NCBI GenBank assembly: GCA_030390025.1
Contig: JASTWF010000365.1
Span: 310,001-374,000 of the forward strand
DNA: 64,000 nucleotides
DNA from: Squalus acanthias
Taxonomy: Eukaryota
Direction: 5' to 3'
How positions within the stretch are numbered: the stretch's first letter is position 1; the number at the start of each line of letters is the position of its first letter. A program made the translations under genes and the position numbers. The notes beneath the pieces are model-generated. The model saw only the letters and a list, made by a program, of their open reading frames with translations, searched no databases and had not been told where the DNA came from. Below are positions 21,141 to 32,625 of the stretch, one piece after another.

Positions 21141-23948
21141 TCAGTACTGAGGTAGCGCCGCACTGTCGGAGGGGCAGTACTGAGGGAGCGCCGCACTGTG
21201 GGAGGGGCAGTACTGAGGGAGCGCTGCACTGTGGGAGGGACAGTACTGAGGGAGCGCCGCACTGTGGGAGGGGCAGTACTGAGGGAGCGCCGCACTGTCG
21301 GAGGGGCAGTACTGAGGGAGCGCCGCACTGTCGGTAGGGCAGTACTGAGGGAGCGCAGCAGTGTCAGAGGAGCAGTACTGAGAGAGCGCCGCACTGTCGG
21401 AGGGGCAGTACTGAGGGAGCGCCGCACTGTCGGAGGGGCAGTACTGAGGGAGCGCCGCACTGTCGGAGGGGCAGTACTGAGGGAGCGCCGCACTGTCGGA
21501 GGGGCGGTACTGAGGGAGCGCCGCACAATCGGAGGGGCAGTACTGAGGGAGCGCCGTACTGTTGGAGGGGCAGTACTGAAGGAGCGCCGCACTGTCGGAG
21601 GGGCAGTACTGAGGGAGCGCCGCACTGTCGGAGGGGCAGTACTGAGGGAGCGCCGCACTGTCGGAGGGGCAGTACTGAGGGAGCGCCGCACTGTCGGAGG
21701 GTCAGTACTGAGTGAGCGCCGCACTGTCGGAGGGGCAGTACTGAGGGAGCGCCGCACTGTCGGAGGGGCAGTACTGAGGGAGCGCTGTGCTGAGGGAGCG
21801 CTGAACTGTCGGAGCGGCAGTACTCAGGGAGCGCCGCAATGTCGGAGAGTCAGTACTGAGGGAACGCCGCACTCTCGGAGGGGCAGTACTGAGGGAGCGC
21901 CGCACTGTCGGAGGGGCAGTACAGAGGGAGCGCCGCACTGTCGGAGGGGCAGTACTGAGGGAGCGCCGCACTGTCGGAGGGGCAGTGCTGAAGGAGCGCC
22001 GCACTGTCGGAGGGGCAGTACTGAGGGAGCGCCGCACTGTCGGAGGTGCAGTACTGAGGGAGCACCGCACTGTCGGAGGGGCAGTACTAAGGTTGCGCCG
22101 CACTGTGGGAGTGGCAGTACTGAGGGAGCGCCGCACTGTCGGAACGGCAGTACTGAGGGAGTGCCGCACCGTCGGAGGGGCAGTGCTGAAGGAGCGCCGC
22201 ACTGTCGGAGGGGCAGTACTGAGGGAGCGCCGCACTGTCGGAGGGGCAGTACTGAGGGAGCACCGCACTGTCGGAGGGGCAGTACTGAGGGAGCGCCGCA
22301 CTGTGGGACGGGCAGTACTGAGGGAGCGCCGCACTGTCGGAGGGGCAGTACTGAGGGTGTGCCGCACTGTGGGAGGGGCAGTACTGAGGGAGCACCGCAC
22401 TGTCGAAGGGGCGGTACTGAGGGAGCGCCGCACTGTCGGAGAGGCAGTACTGAGGGAGCGCCGCACTGTCGGAGGGGCAGTGCTGAGGGAGCGCCGCACT
22501 GTCGGAGGGGCAGTACTGAGGGAGCGCCGCACTGTCGGAGGGGCAGTACTGAGGGAGCGCTGTGCTGAGGGAGCGCTGAACTGTCGGAGGGGCAGTACTC
22601 AGGGAGCGCCGCACTGTCGGAGGGGCAGTACTGAGGGAGCGCCGCACTGTTGGAGGGGCAGTACTGAGGGAGCGCCGCACTGTCGGAGAGTCAGTACTGA
22701 GGGAACGCCGCACTGTCGGAGTGGCAGTACTGAGGGAGCACCGCACTCTCGGAGGGGCAGTACTGAGGGAGCGCCACACTGTCGGAGGGGCAGTACTGAA
22801 GGAGCGCCGCACTGTCGGAGGGGCAGTACTGAGGGAGCGCCGCACTGTCGGAGGGGCAGTACTGAGGGAGCGCCGCACTGTCGGAGGGGCAGTACTGAGG
22901 GAGCGCCGCACTGTCGGAGGGACAGTACTGAGGGAGCGCCGCGCTGTCGGAGGGGCAGTACTGAGGGAGCGCTGTGCTGAGGGAGCGCTGAACTGTCGGA
23001 GGGGCAGTACTCAGGGAGCGCCGCACTGTCGGAGGGGCAGTACTGAGGGAGCGCCGCACTGTTGGAGGGGCAGTACTGAGGGAGCGCCGCACTGTCGGAG
23101 AGTCAGTACTGAGGGAACGCCGCACTGTCGGAAGGGTAGTACTGCGGGAGCGCCGCGCTGTCGGAGGGGCAGTACTGAGGGAGTGCTGTGCAGAGGGAGC
23201 GCTGAACTGTCGGAGGGGCAGTACTCAGGGAGCGCCGCACTGTCGGAGGGGCAGTACTGAGGGAGCGCCGCACTGTTGGAGGGGCAGTACTGAGTGAGCG
23301 CCGCACTGTCGGAGAGTCAGTACTGAGGGAACGCCGCACTTTCGGAGTGGCAGTACTGAGGGAGCGCCGCACTCTCGGAGGGGCAGTACTGAGGGAGCGC
23401 CACACTGTCGGAGGGGCAGTACTGAGTGAGTGCCGCACTGTCGGAGGGGCAGTACTGAGGAAGCGCCGCACTGTCGGAGGGGCAGTACTGAGGAAGCGCC
23501 GCACTGTCGGAGGGGCAGTACTGAGGGAGCGCCGCACTGTCGGAGGGGCAGCACTGAGGGATCGCCGCACTCTCGGAGGGGCAGTACTGAGGGAGCGCCG
23601 CACTGTTGGAGGTGCCGTTTTTCAGATGAAACCTTCAACCGAGGCCCCGTCTGCCCTCTCAGGTGGACGTAAAAGTTCCCACGACAACTATTTGAAGAAG
23701 AGCAGGGGGGGAGTTCTCCCCGGTGTCCTGGGGCCAATATTTATCCCTCAACCAACATCACTAAAAACAGATGATCTGGTTATCATCACATTGCTGTTTG
23801 TGGGAGCTTGCTGTGCGCAAATTGGCTGCCGCGTTTCCTACTTTACAACACTGACTACACTTCAAAAAATGTACTTCTTTGGCTGTGAAGCGCTTTGGGA
23901 CGTCCTGAGGTGGTGAAAGGCGCTTTATAATTGGAAGCAGTGGCTTTC
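21031..23948 (+). mobile_element. SINE copy 5 (chimeric), array ~21142-23612 (~75 units)
   Basis: Intact A/B boxes (TGGCTCAGTGG, GGTTCAAGTCC). Head matches copy 6 (TCAGGCCAACATGCCCAGTG); tail matches copy 4 (TTTTCAGATGAAACCTTCAACC, AAAAGTTCCCACGACAAC). Confidence 0.9.
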
Positions 23949-24598
23949 TGCTTCCTACTTCACCCCAATAGAATGTTTCGCTCCAATTCAACCCATAAAG
24001 GGTCAACCAAGCAGGAAGAGAGTCCTTTGCCTCGTCACTGCCCCTGCAACAACGCCACCTAACCTGGCATGGGCTTGAAACACTAGAACCAGTCGGAATC
24101 GGAGCCTGCCCTACATTAGTCACATCAGGAACACTCGATTCCTTCAGGAGCCTCTCCAAGGGAGCAGGAAGTAAATCCTCCCACCTGCTCGTGTCTCATT
24201 CCCTCGAACCCCGCCTGCTTACATGTACAAAGCACCTGCATCAGCGATGGTGGAGTCTGAAAGGGCGAGAGGCATTTGGAGAGTCCCTGGACAGATAATG
24301 GGCAGCAGGGGAATTCCCAAACCGGGAAGTAGAGAAGGGGATTCCCAGGCCAGGTCCTCTTGCCAGGAGGGATGGGAGTGGCTATTCGATAAGTGACCTG
24401 ATTGTGAGGGTGGAATCGCATGCATCTTTGAAATGTTTTCACTGGATGCTGGCAAAAAACAAAGGATGAAGCAAACTTAACCCATTTATGTCAGCTGTGG
24501 CTCAGTGGGTAGCACACTCGCCTCTGAGTCAGAAGGTTGTGGGTTCAAGTCCCACTCCAGGGACTTGAGCACAAAAATTCAGGCCAACATGCCCAGTG
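23613..24598 (+). repeat. Segmental duplication copy 2
   Basis: Near-identical to 20153-21140. Confidence 0.92.
24309..24346. promoter_or_regulatory. Duplicated pair of NF-kB motifs
   Basis: GGGAATTCCC 24309-24318 and GGGGATTCCC 24337-24346, identical to the first copy. Confidence 0.5.
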
Positions 24599-25917
24599 CC
24601 AATACTGAGGGAGCGCCGCACTGTCGGAGGGGCAGTACTGAGGGAGTGTTGCAATGTTGGAGGGGCAGTACTGAGGGAGCGCACGCACTGTGGGAGGGGC
24701 AGTACTGAGGGAGTGTTGCACTGTTGGAGGGGCAGTACTGAGGGAGCCCCGCACTGTTGGAGGGGCAGTACTGAGGGAGCCCCGCACTGTTGGAGGGGCA
24801 GTACTGAGGGAGAGCCGCACTGTCGGAGGGGCAGTACTAAGGGAGCGCCGCACTGTCGGAGGGGCAGTACTAAGGAACGCCGCACTGTCGGAGGGCCAGT
24901 ACTGAGGGAACGCCGCACTGTCGGAGGGGCAGTACTGAGGGAGCGCCGCACTGTCGGAGGAGCAGTACTGAGAGAGCACCGCACTATCGGAGGGGCAGTA
25001 CTGAGGGAGCAGCGCACTGTCGGAGGGGCAGTACTGAGGGAGCGCCGCACTGTCGGAGGGGCAGTACTGAGGGAGCGCCGCACTGTCAGAGGAGCAGTAC
25101 TGAGAGAGCGCCGCACTGTCGGAGGGGCAGTACTGAGGGAGTGCCGCACTGTCGGAGGGGCAGTACTGAGGGAGCGCCGCACTGTCGGAGGGGCGGTACT
25201 GAGGGAGCGCCGCACTGTCGGAGGGGCAGTACTGAGGGAGCGCCGCACTGTCGGAGGAGCAGTACTGAGAGAGCGCCGCACTGTCGGAGGGGCAGTACTG
25301 AGGGAGTGCCGCACTGTCGGAGGGGCAGTACTGAGGGACCGCCGCACTGTCGGAGGGGCAGTACTGAGGGAGCGCCGCACTGTCGGAGGGGCAGTACTGA
25401 GGGAGCGCCGCACTGTCGGAGGGGCAGTACTGAGAGAGCGCCGCACTGTCGGAGGGGCAGTACTGAGGGAGCGCCGCACTGTCGGAGGGGCAGTACTGAG
25501 GGAGCGCCGCACTGTCGGAGGGGCAGTACTGAGGGAGTGCCGCACTGTCGGAGGGGCAGTACTGAGGGAGTGCTGCACTGTCGGAGGGGCAGTACTGAGG
25601 GAGCGCTGCTCTGTCGGAGGTGCCGTCTTTCGGATGAGACATTAACCTGAGGCCCCGTCTGCCCTCGCAGGTGGACGTAAAAGATCCCGCGGCCATTATT
25701 TCGAAGAAGAGCAGGGGAGGAGTTCTCCCCGGTGTCTTGGGTCAATATTTATCCCTCAAACAACATCATTAAAACAGATGAACTGGTCATTATCACATTG
25801 CTGTTTGTGGGAGCTTGCTGTGCGTAAATTGGCGGCCGCGTCTCCCACATTACAACAGTCACTACGCTTTGAGACGTCCTGAGGTGTCGAAAGGCGCTGG
25901 AGAAATGCAAGTCTTTC
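24489..25917 (+). mobile_element. SINE copy 6, array ~24598-25621 (~31 units)
   Basis: Complete head, array, core and tail ending AAGGCGCTGGAGAAATGCAAGTCTTTC. Confidence 0.9.
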
Positions 25918-26029
25918 ATTTAACGCCCTTAGCTTGAGCGTCTCCCTCCCGTCCCACAACTGAGAAACAGATTCCAGTTGTCGAATGACGATAAACCAGG
26001 AAGGCCCAGATACTCGGCACCCTCGCCGT

Positions 26030-26340
26030 CCAATCCAACCCCCTCCCCGGCCACCGTCTCAGGTTAGAACCCACCGTTTGCGACCTCCAACACATGTTTA
26101 ACCCGGAGCTGAGCCGAGTCTACTTGCGCATCTCTCTCCCCACACATGGGGTGCGTGAAGCGAGAGTGTGGCCGCCTTTAAGGGGAGGCTTAATACAGAC
26201 ATGAGGGGGATAGGGATATGGAGGCGGATGGGTGGGAAGAGAGCATTAGAGTGGGAGGAGGCTCGTGTGGAGCATAAACGCCGGCATGGACCAGGTGGGC
26301 CGAATGGCCTTTCTCTGTGCTGTAAGTTCTATTTAATTTT
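26030..26340 (+). mobile_element. Small degraded L2 fragment (~26030-26120) and CR1-type 3' tail (~26160-26335)
   Basis: CCCTCCCCGGCCACCGTCTCAGG..TTTAACCCGGAGCTGAGC (L2-like); GGAGGAGGCTCGTGTGGAGCATAAAC..GGCCGAATGGCCT..CTGTGCTGTAA (CR1 tail). Confidence 0.55.
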
Positions 26341-26347
26341 ATATAAC

Positions 26348-29300
26348 GAAAGACTTGCATTTCTCCAGCGCCTTTCACCACCTCAGGACATCCCAAAGAG
26401 CTTTACAGCCAATGAAGTACTTTTGAAGTGCAGTCACTGTTGGAATGTAGGAAATGCGGCCACCAATTTGTGCACAGCAAGCTCCCAAAAACAGCAATGT
26501 GATAAATGACCAGATCATCTGTTTTAGATGTTGGTTGAGGGATAAATATTAGCCAAGGACACCGGGGATAACTCCCCAGATATGCTTTGAAATAGTGGCA
26601 ATGGGATCTTTTATGTCCACCTGAGAGAGCAGATGTGGCCTTGGTTTAACGTCTCATCCGATAGATGGCACCTCCGACAGTGCAGCACTCGCTCACTACT
26701 GCACCTCCGACAGTGCGGCACTCCCTCAGTACTGCCCCTCCGACAGTGCGGCGCTCCCTCAGTACTGTCCCTCCGACAGTGCGGCACTCCCTCAGTACTG
26801 TCCCTCCGACAGTGCGGCGCTCCCTCAGTACTGCCCCTCCAACAGTGCGGTGCTCCCTCAGTACTGCCCCTCCGAGAGTGCGGCGCTCCCTCAGTACTGC
26901 CCCTCCGACAGTGCTAGGCTCCCTCAGTACTGCCCCTCCGACAGTGCGGCGCTCCCTCAGTACTGCCCCTCCAACAGTGCAGCGTTCCCTCAGAACTGCC
27001 CCTCTGACAGTGCAGCGCTCCCTCAGTACCGCCCCTCCGACAGTGCAGCTCTCCCTCAGTACCGTCCCTCCGACAGTGTGGCGCTCCCTCAGTACCGCTT
27101 CTCCGACAGTGTGGCGCTCCCTCAGTTCTGCACCTCCGACAGTGCGGCGCACCCTCAGTACTGCCCCTCCAACAGGGCGGCGCTCCCTCAGTACTGCCCC
27201 TCCGACAGTGAAGCCCTCCCTCAGTACTGCCCCTCCGACAGTGCGGCGCTCCCTCAGTACTGACCTTCTGACAGTGCGGCACTCCATCAGTACAGCCCCT
27301 CCGACAGTGCAGCACTCCCTCAGTACTGCCCCTCCGACAGTGCGGCGCTCCCTCAGTACTGCCCCTCCGACAGTGCGGCGCTCCCTCAGTACTGCCCCTC
27401 CGACAGTGCGGCGCTCCATCAGTACTGCCCCTCCGACAGTGCGGCGCTCCCTCAGTACTGCCCCTCCGACAGTGCGGCCCTCCCTCAGTACTGCCCCTCC
27501 GACAGTGCAGCACTCCCTCAGTACTGCCCCTCTGACAGTGCAGCGCTCCCTCAGTACTGCCCCTCCAACAGTGCAGCGCTCCCTCAGAACTGCCCCTCTG
27601 ACAGTGCAGCGCTCCCTCAGTACCGCCCCTCCGACAGTGCAGCTCTCCCTCAGTACCGTCCCTCCGACAGTGTGGCGCTCCCTCAGTACCGCTTCTCCGA
27701 CAGTGTGGCGCTCCCTCAGTTCTGCACCTCCGACAGTGCGGCGCACCCTCAGTACTGCCCCTCCAACAGGGCGGCGCTCCCTCAGTACTGCCCCTCCGAC
27801 AGTGAAGCCCTCCCTCAGTACTGCCCCTCCGACAGTGCGGCGCTCCCTCAGTACTGACCTTCTGACAGTGCGGCACTCCCTCAGTACAGCCCCTCCGACA
27901 GTGCAGCACTCCCTCAGTACTGCTCCTCCGACAGTGCGGCGCTCCATCAGTACTGCCCCTCCGACAGTGCGGCGCTCCCTCAGTACTGCCCCTCCGACAG
28001 TGCGGCGCTCCCTCAGTACTGCACCTCCGACAGTGCGGCGCTCCCTCAGTACTGCCCCTCCGACAGTGCAGCCCTCCCTCAGTACTGCCCCTCCGACAGT
28101 GCAGCACTCCCTCAGTACTGCCCCTCCGACAGTGCAGCGCTCCCTCAGAACTGCCCCTCTGACAGTGCAGCGCTCCCTCAGTACCGCTTCTCCGACAGTG
28201 TGGCGCTCCCTCAGTTCTGCCCCTCCGACAGTGCGGCTCTCCCTCAGTACTGCCCCTCCGACAGTGCGGCGCTCCCTCAGTACCGGCCCTCCGACAGTGC
28301 GGCGCACCCTCAGTACTGCCCCTCCGACAGTGCGGCGCTCCCTCAGTACTGCCCATCGACAGTGCAGTGCTCCCTCAGTACTGCCCCTCCGACAGTGCGG
28401 CGCTCCCTCAGTACCGCCCCTCCGACAGTGCGGCGCTCCCTCAGTACCGCCCCTCCGACAGTGCAGCGCTCCCTCAGTACCGCCCCTCCGACAGTGCGGC
28501 ACTCCCTCTGTACCGGGCCTCCGAAAGTGCGGCGCTGCCTCTGTACCGGCCCTCCGACAGTGCGGCGCTCCCTCAGTACTGCCCCTCAGACAGTGCGGCG
28601 CTCCCTCAGTACTGCCCCTCCGAAAGTGCAGCGCTCCCTCAGTACTGCCCCTCCGATAGCGCAGCGCTCCCTCAGTACTGCCCCTCCGACAGTGCAGCAC
28701 TCCCTCAGTACTGCCCCTCCAACAGTGCAGCGCTCCCTCAGTACTGCCCCTCCGATAGTGCAGCGCTCCCTCAGTACTGTCCCTCCGATAGTGCAGCGCT
28801 CCCTCAGTACTGCCCCTCCGACAGTGCGGCGCTCCCTCAGTACTATCCTCCGACAGTGCAGCGCTCCCTCAGTTTTGCCCATCCGACAGTGCATCGCTCC
28901 CTCAGTACTGCCCCTCCGACAGTGCAGCACTCATTCAGTACTGCCCCTCCGACAGCGCAGCGCTCCCTCAGTACTGCCCCTCCGACAGTGCGGCGCTCCC
29001 TCAGTACTGCCCCTCCGACAGTGGGGCGCTCCCTCAGTAGCGCCCCTCCGACAGTGCACCGCTCCCTCAGTACTGCCCCTCCGACAGTGCAGCTCTCCCT
29101 CAGTACCGCCCCTCCGACAGTGCAGCGCTCCCTCAGTACTGCCCCTCCGACAGTGCGGCGCTCCCTCAGTACCGCTTCTCCGACAATGTGGCGCTCCCTC
29201 AGTTCTGCCCCTCCGACAGTGCGGCTCTCCCTCAGTACTGCCCCTCCGACAGTGCGGCGCTCCCTCAGTACTGCCCCTCCGATAGTGCAGAGCTCCCTCA

Positions 29301-31412
29301 GTACTGCCCCACCGATAGTGCGGCGCTCCTTCAGTACTGCCCCTCCGACAGTGCGGCGCTCCCTCAGTACTGCCCCTCCGACAGTGCAGCGCTCCCTCAG
29401 TACTGCCCCTCCGACAATGCCGCGCTCGCTCAGTATTGCCCCTCCGACAGTGTGGCGCTCCCTCAGTACTGCCCCTCCGACAGTGCGGCGCTCCCTCAGT
29501 ACTGCCCCTCCGACAGTGCAGCGCTCCCTCAGTACTGCCCCTCCGACAGTGCAGCGCTCCCTCAGTACTGCCCCTCCGATAGTGCAGCGCTCCCTCAGTA
29601 CTGCCCCTCCGATAGTTCGGCGCTCCCTCAGTACTGCCCCTCCGACACTGCAGCGCTCCCTCAGAACTGCCCCTCTGACAGTGCAGCGCTCCCTCAGTAC
29701 CGCCCCTCCGACAGTGCAGCTCTCCCTCAGTACCGCCCCTCCGACAGTGTGGCGCTCCCTCAGTACCGCTTCTCCGACAGTGTGGCGCTCCCTCAGTTCT
29801 GCACCTCCGACAGTGCGGCGCTCCCTCAGTACTGCCCCTCCGACAGTGCGGCGCTCCCTCAGTACTGCCCCTCCGACAGTGAAGCCCTCCCTCAGTACTG
29901 CCCCTCCGACAGTGCAGCACTCCCTCAGTACTGCCCCTTCAATAGTGCAGCGCTCCCTCAGTACTGCCCCTCCGACAGTGCAGCGCTCCCTCAGAACTGC
30001 CCCTCTGACAGTGCAGCGCTCCCTTAGTACTGCCCATCTGACAGTGCAGTGCTCCCTCAGTACTGCCCCTCCGACAGTGCAGCGCTCCCTCAGTACTGCC
30101 CCTCCGACAGTGCGGCACTCCCTCTGTACTGGGCCTCCGACAGTGCGGCGCTCCCTCTGTACCGGCCCTCCGACAGTGCGGCGCTCCCTCAGTACTGCCC
30201 CTCAGACAGTGCGGCGCTCCCTCAGTACTGCCCCTCCGACAGTGCAGCGCTCCCTCAGTACTGCCCCTCCGATGGCGCAGCGCTCGCTCAATACTGCCCC
30301 TCCGACAGTGCAGCACTCCCTCAGTTCTGCCCCTCCAACAGTGCAGCGCTCCCTCAGTACTGCCCCTCCGATAGTGCAGCGCTCCCTCAGTGCTGTCCCT
30401 CCGATAGTTCAGCGCTCCCTCAGTACTGCCCCTCCGACAGTGCGGCGCTCCCTCAGTACTATCCTCCGACAGTGCAGCGCTCCCTCAGTTTTGCCCATCC
30501 GACAGTGCAGCGCTCCCTCAGTACTGCCACTCCGACAGTGCAGCACTCCATCAGTACTGCCCCTCCGACAGCGCAGCGCTCCCTCAGTACTGCCCCTCCG
30601 ACAGTGCGGCGCTCCCTCAGTACTGCCCCTCCGACAGTGCGGCGCTCCCTCAGTACCGCCCCTCCGACAGTGCACCGCTCCCTCAGTACTGCCCCTCCGA
30701 CAGTGCAGCTCTCCCTCAGTACCGCCCCTCCGACAGTGCAGCGCTCCCTCAGTACTGCCCCTCCGACAGTGCGGCGCTCCCTCAGTACCGCTTCTCCGAC
30801 AGTGTGGCGCTCCCTCAGTTCTGCCCCTCCGACAGTGCGGCTCTCCCTCAGTACTGCCCCTCCGACAGTGCGGCGCTCCCTCAGTACCGGCCCTCCGATA
30901 GTGCGGCGCTCCCTCAGTACTGCCCCTCCGACAGTGCGGCGCTCCCTCAGTACTGCCCCTCCGACAGTGCACCGCTCCCTCAGTACTGCCCCTCCGACAG
31001 TGCAGCGCTCCCTCAGTACTGCCCCTCCGACAGTGCGGCGCTCCCTCAGTACTGCCCCTCCGACAGTGCAGCGCTCCCTCAGTACTGCCCCTCCGATAGT
31101 GCAGCGCTCCCTCAGTACTGCCCCTCCGACAGTGCGGCGCTCCCTCAGTACTGCCCCTCCGACAGTACGGCGCTCCCACAGTACTGCCCCTCCGACAGTG
31201 CGGCGCTCCCTCAGTACTGCCCCTCCGACAGTGCGGCGCTCCCTCAGTACTGCCCCTCCGACAGTGCAGCGCTCCCTCAGTACTGCCCCTCCGACAGTGC
31301 AGCGCTCCCTCAGTACTGCCCCTCCGATAGTGCAGCGCTCCCTCAGTACTGCCCCTCCGATAGTGCGGCGCTCCCTCAGTACTGCCCCTCCGACAGTGCA
31401 GCGCTCCCTCAG
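26348..31412 (-). mobile_element. SINE copy 7 (headless), minus-strand array ~26668-31411 (~140 units)
   Basis: Reverse-complement tail and core 26348-26667, then the reverse-complement 33-bp array, ending abruptly at an L2 fragment. Confidence 0.88.
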
Positions 31413-31417
31413 ACCCT

Positions 31418-32020
31418 CAGAGCCACATAAGGAGATATTAGGACAGGTGACCAAAAGCTTGGTGAAAGAGGTCGGTTTTAAGGAGCATCTTAAAGGAGGA
31501 GAGAGAGGCGGAGAGGTTTAGGGAGGGAATTCCAGAGCTCGGGGCCCAGGCAGCTGAAGGCACGGCCGCCAATGGTGGAGCGATGGAAATCGGGGAGATG
31601 CTCAAGAGGCCAGAATTGGAGGAGCGCAGATATCTCGGGGGGATTGTGCGGCTGGAGGAGATTACAGAGATATGGAGGGGCGAGGAGGCCATGGAGGTAT
31701 TTGAAATCGAGGATGAGAATTTTGAAATCGAGGCGCTGCTTAACCGGGAGTTAATGTAGGTCAACGAGCACAGGGGGTGATGGGCGAACGGGACTTGGTG
31801 TAAGTTAGGACACGGGGCAGCAGAGTTTTGGATGACCTCAAGTTTACGTAGGGTGGAATGAGGGAGGCCGGTCAGGAGTGTGTTGGAATAGTCAAGTCTA
31901 GAGGTAACAAAGGCATGGATGAGGGTTTCAGCAGCGGATGAGCTGAGGCAGGGGCGGAGACGGGCGATGTTACAGAGGTGGAATGAGACGCTCTTAGTTA
32001 CGCCGCGGATATGTGGTCAG
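31418..32020 (-). mobile_element. L2-clade LINE 3' fragment
   Basis: Reverse complement matches the L2 at 3985-4430 (PRYLRSSNSGLL; CCTTATGTGGCTC). Confidence 0.8.
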
Positions 32021-32034
32021 AATAGAAGTTGCTG

Positions 32035-32168
32035 TATCGCATGGATGCAGAAGCGTATCCTCGTCACCAGGTAGCACCCGTTGGTCTAAGTGCGTCCAAA
32101 CGGGCAAAGGCTGTACAACACCGCCCACTGCTCGAAGGAACATGTGTTTACCAACCTCGACTCAAGAT
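32035..32168 (+). repeat. Left arm of a diverged inverted repeat with an extended CTCF-like motif (32046-32078)
   Basis: TGCAGAAGC-GTATCC-TCGTCACCAGGTAGCACC; downstream sequence aligns with the reverse complement of 32465-32605. Confidence 0.65.
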
Positions 32169-32455
32169 TTAAGATAATCGGCAAAAGAACCAGAGGGGGA
32201 GATGAGGAGAAGTTTATTTACGCAGCGAGTTGTTGTGATCTGGAACGCGCTGCCTGAAAGGGCGGTGGAAGCAGATTCAATAGTAACTTTCAAAAGGGGA
32301 ATTGGATAAGTTCTTGAATAGGAAGAATTTGCCGGGCTGTGGGGAAAGAGCAGGGGGGAGTGTGGGACTAATTGGAGAGCTCTTTCAAAGAGCCGGCACA
32401 GGCACGATGGGCCGAATGGCCTCCTCCTGTGCTGCATCAGTCTACGATTCTGTGA
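32162..32455 (+). mobile_element. CR1 LINE 3' end between the two inverted arms
   Basis: GATAATCGGCAAAAGAACCAGAGGGG..TTTACGCAGCGAGTTGTT..TGGAACGCGCTGCCTGAAAGG..GGGCCGAATGGCCTCCTCCTGTGCTG; same subfamily as 38750-38900. Confidence 0.85.
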
Positions 32456-32464
32456 TAAGGGGCG

Positions 32465-32625
32465 GTGCCTTCAGTTTGAGATTGGTAAACACGTGCGATG
32501 ACACGTTCCGTCCAGCAGACAGCGGTGTTGTGCGGTGTACGGCTGCACTTCGACCAATGGGCAAAGCCTTGCAGCGCCACCTGGTGACCAGGAGGTGCTA
32601 CTGCAACTTGCATCAATGTGCGGTC
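32465..32625 (-). repeat. Right arm of the inverted repeat
   Basis: Homologous to 32035-32168 in reverse orientation. Confidence 0.65.
32571..32607 (-). promoter_or_regulatory. CTCF-binding motif: core plus upstream ZF9-11 module
   Basis: Minus strand reads GTTGCAGTAGC-ACCTCC-TGGTCACCAGGTGGCGCTGC, a near-consensus core with the TGCAG module at a 6-bp spacer. Confidence 0.7.

Noticed and set aside
6682..31521. Very long ORFs (up to 877 aa; STAPPTVRRSL, GAPHCRRGSTE, PQYCPSDSAAL repeats)
   Set aside because: They are translations of a 33-bp (11-codon) SINE-derived repeat that is open in several frames on both strands and switches frame at indels; there is no evidence of coding constraint.
31524..31533. 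kB-like GGGAATTCC motifs in L2 fragments (also ~4193)
   Set aside because: They are part of the L2 sequence itself and not counted as locus-specific sites.
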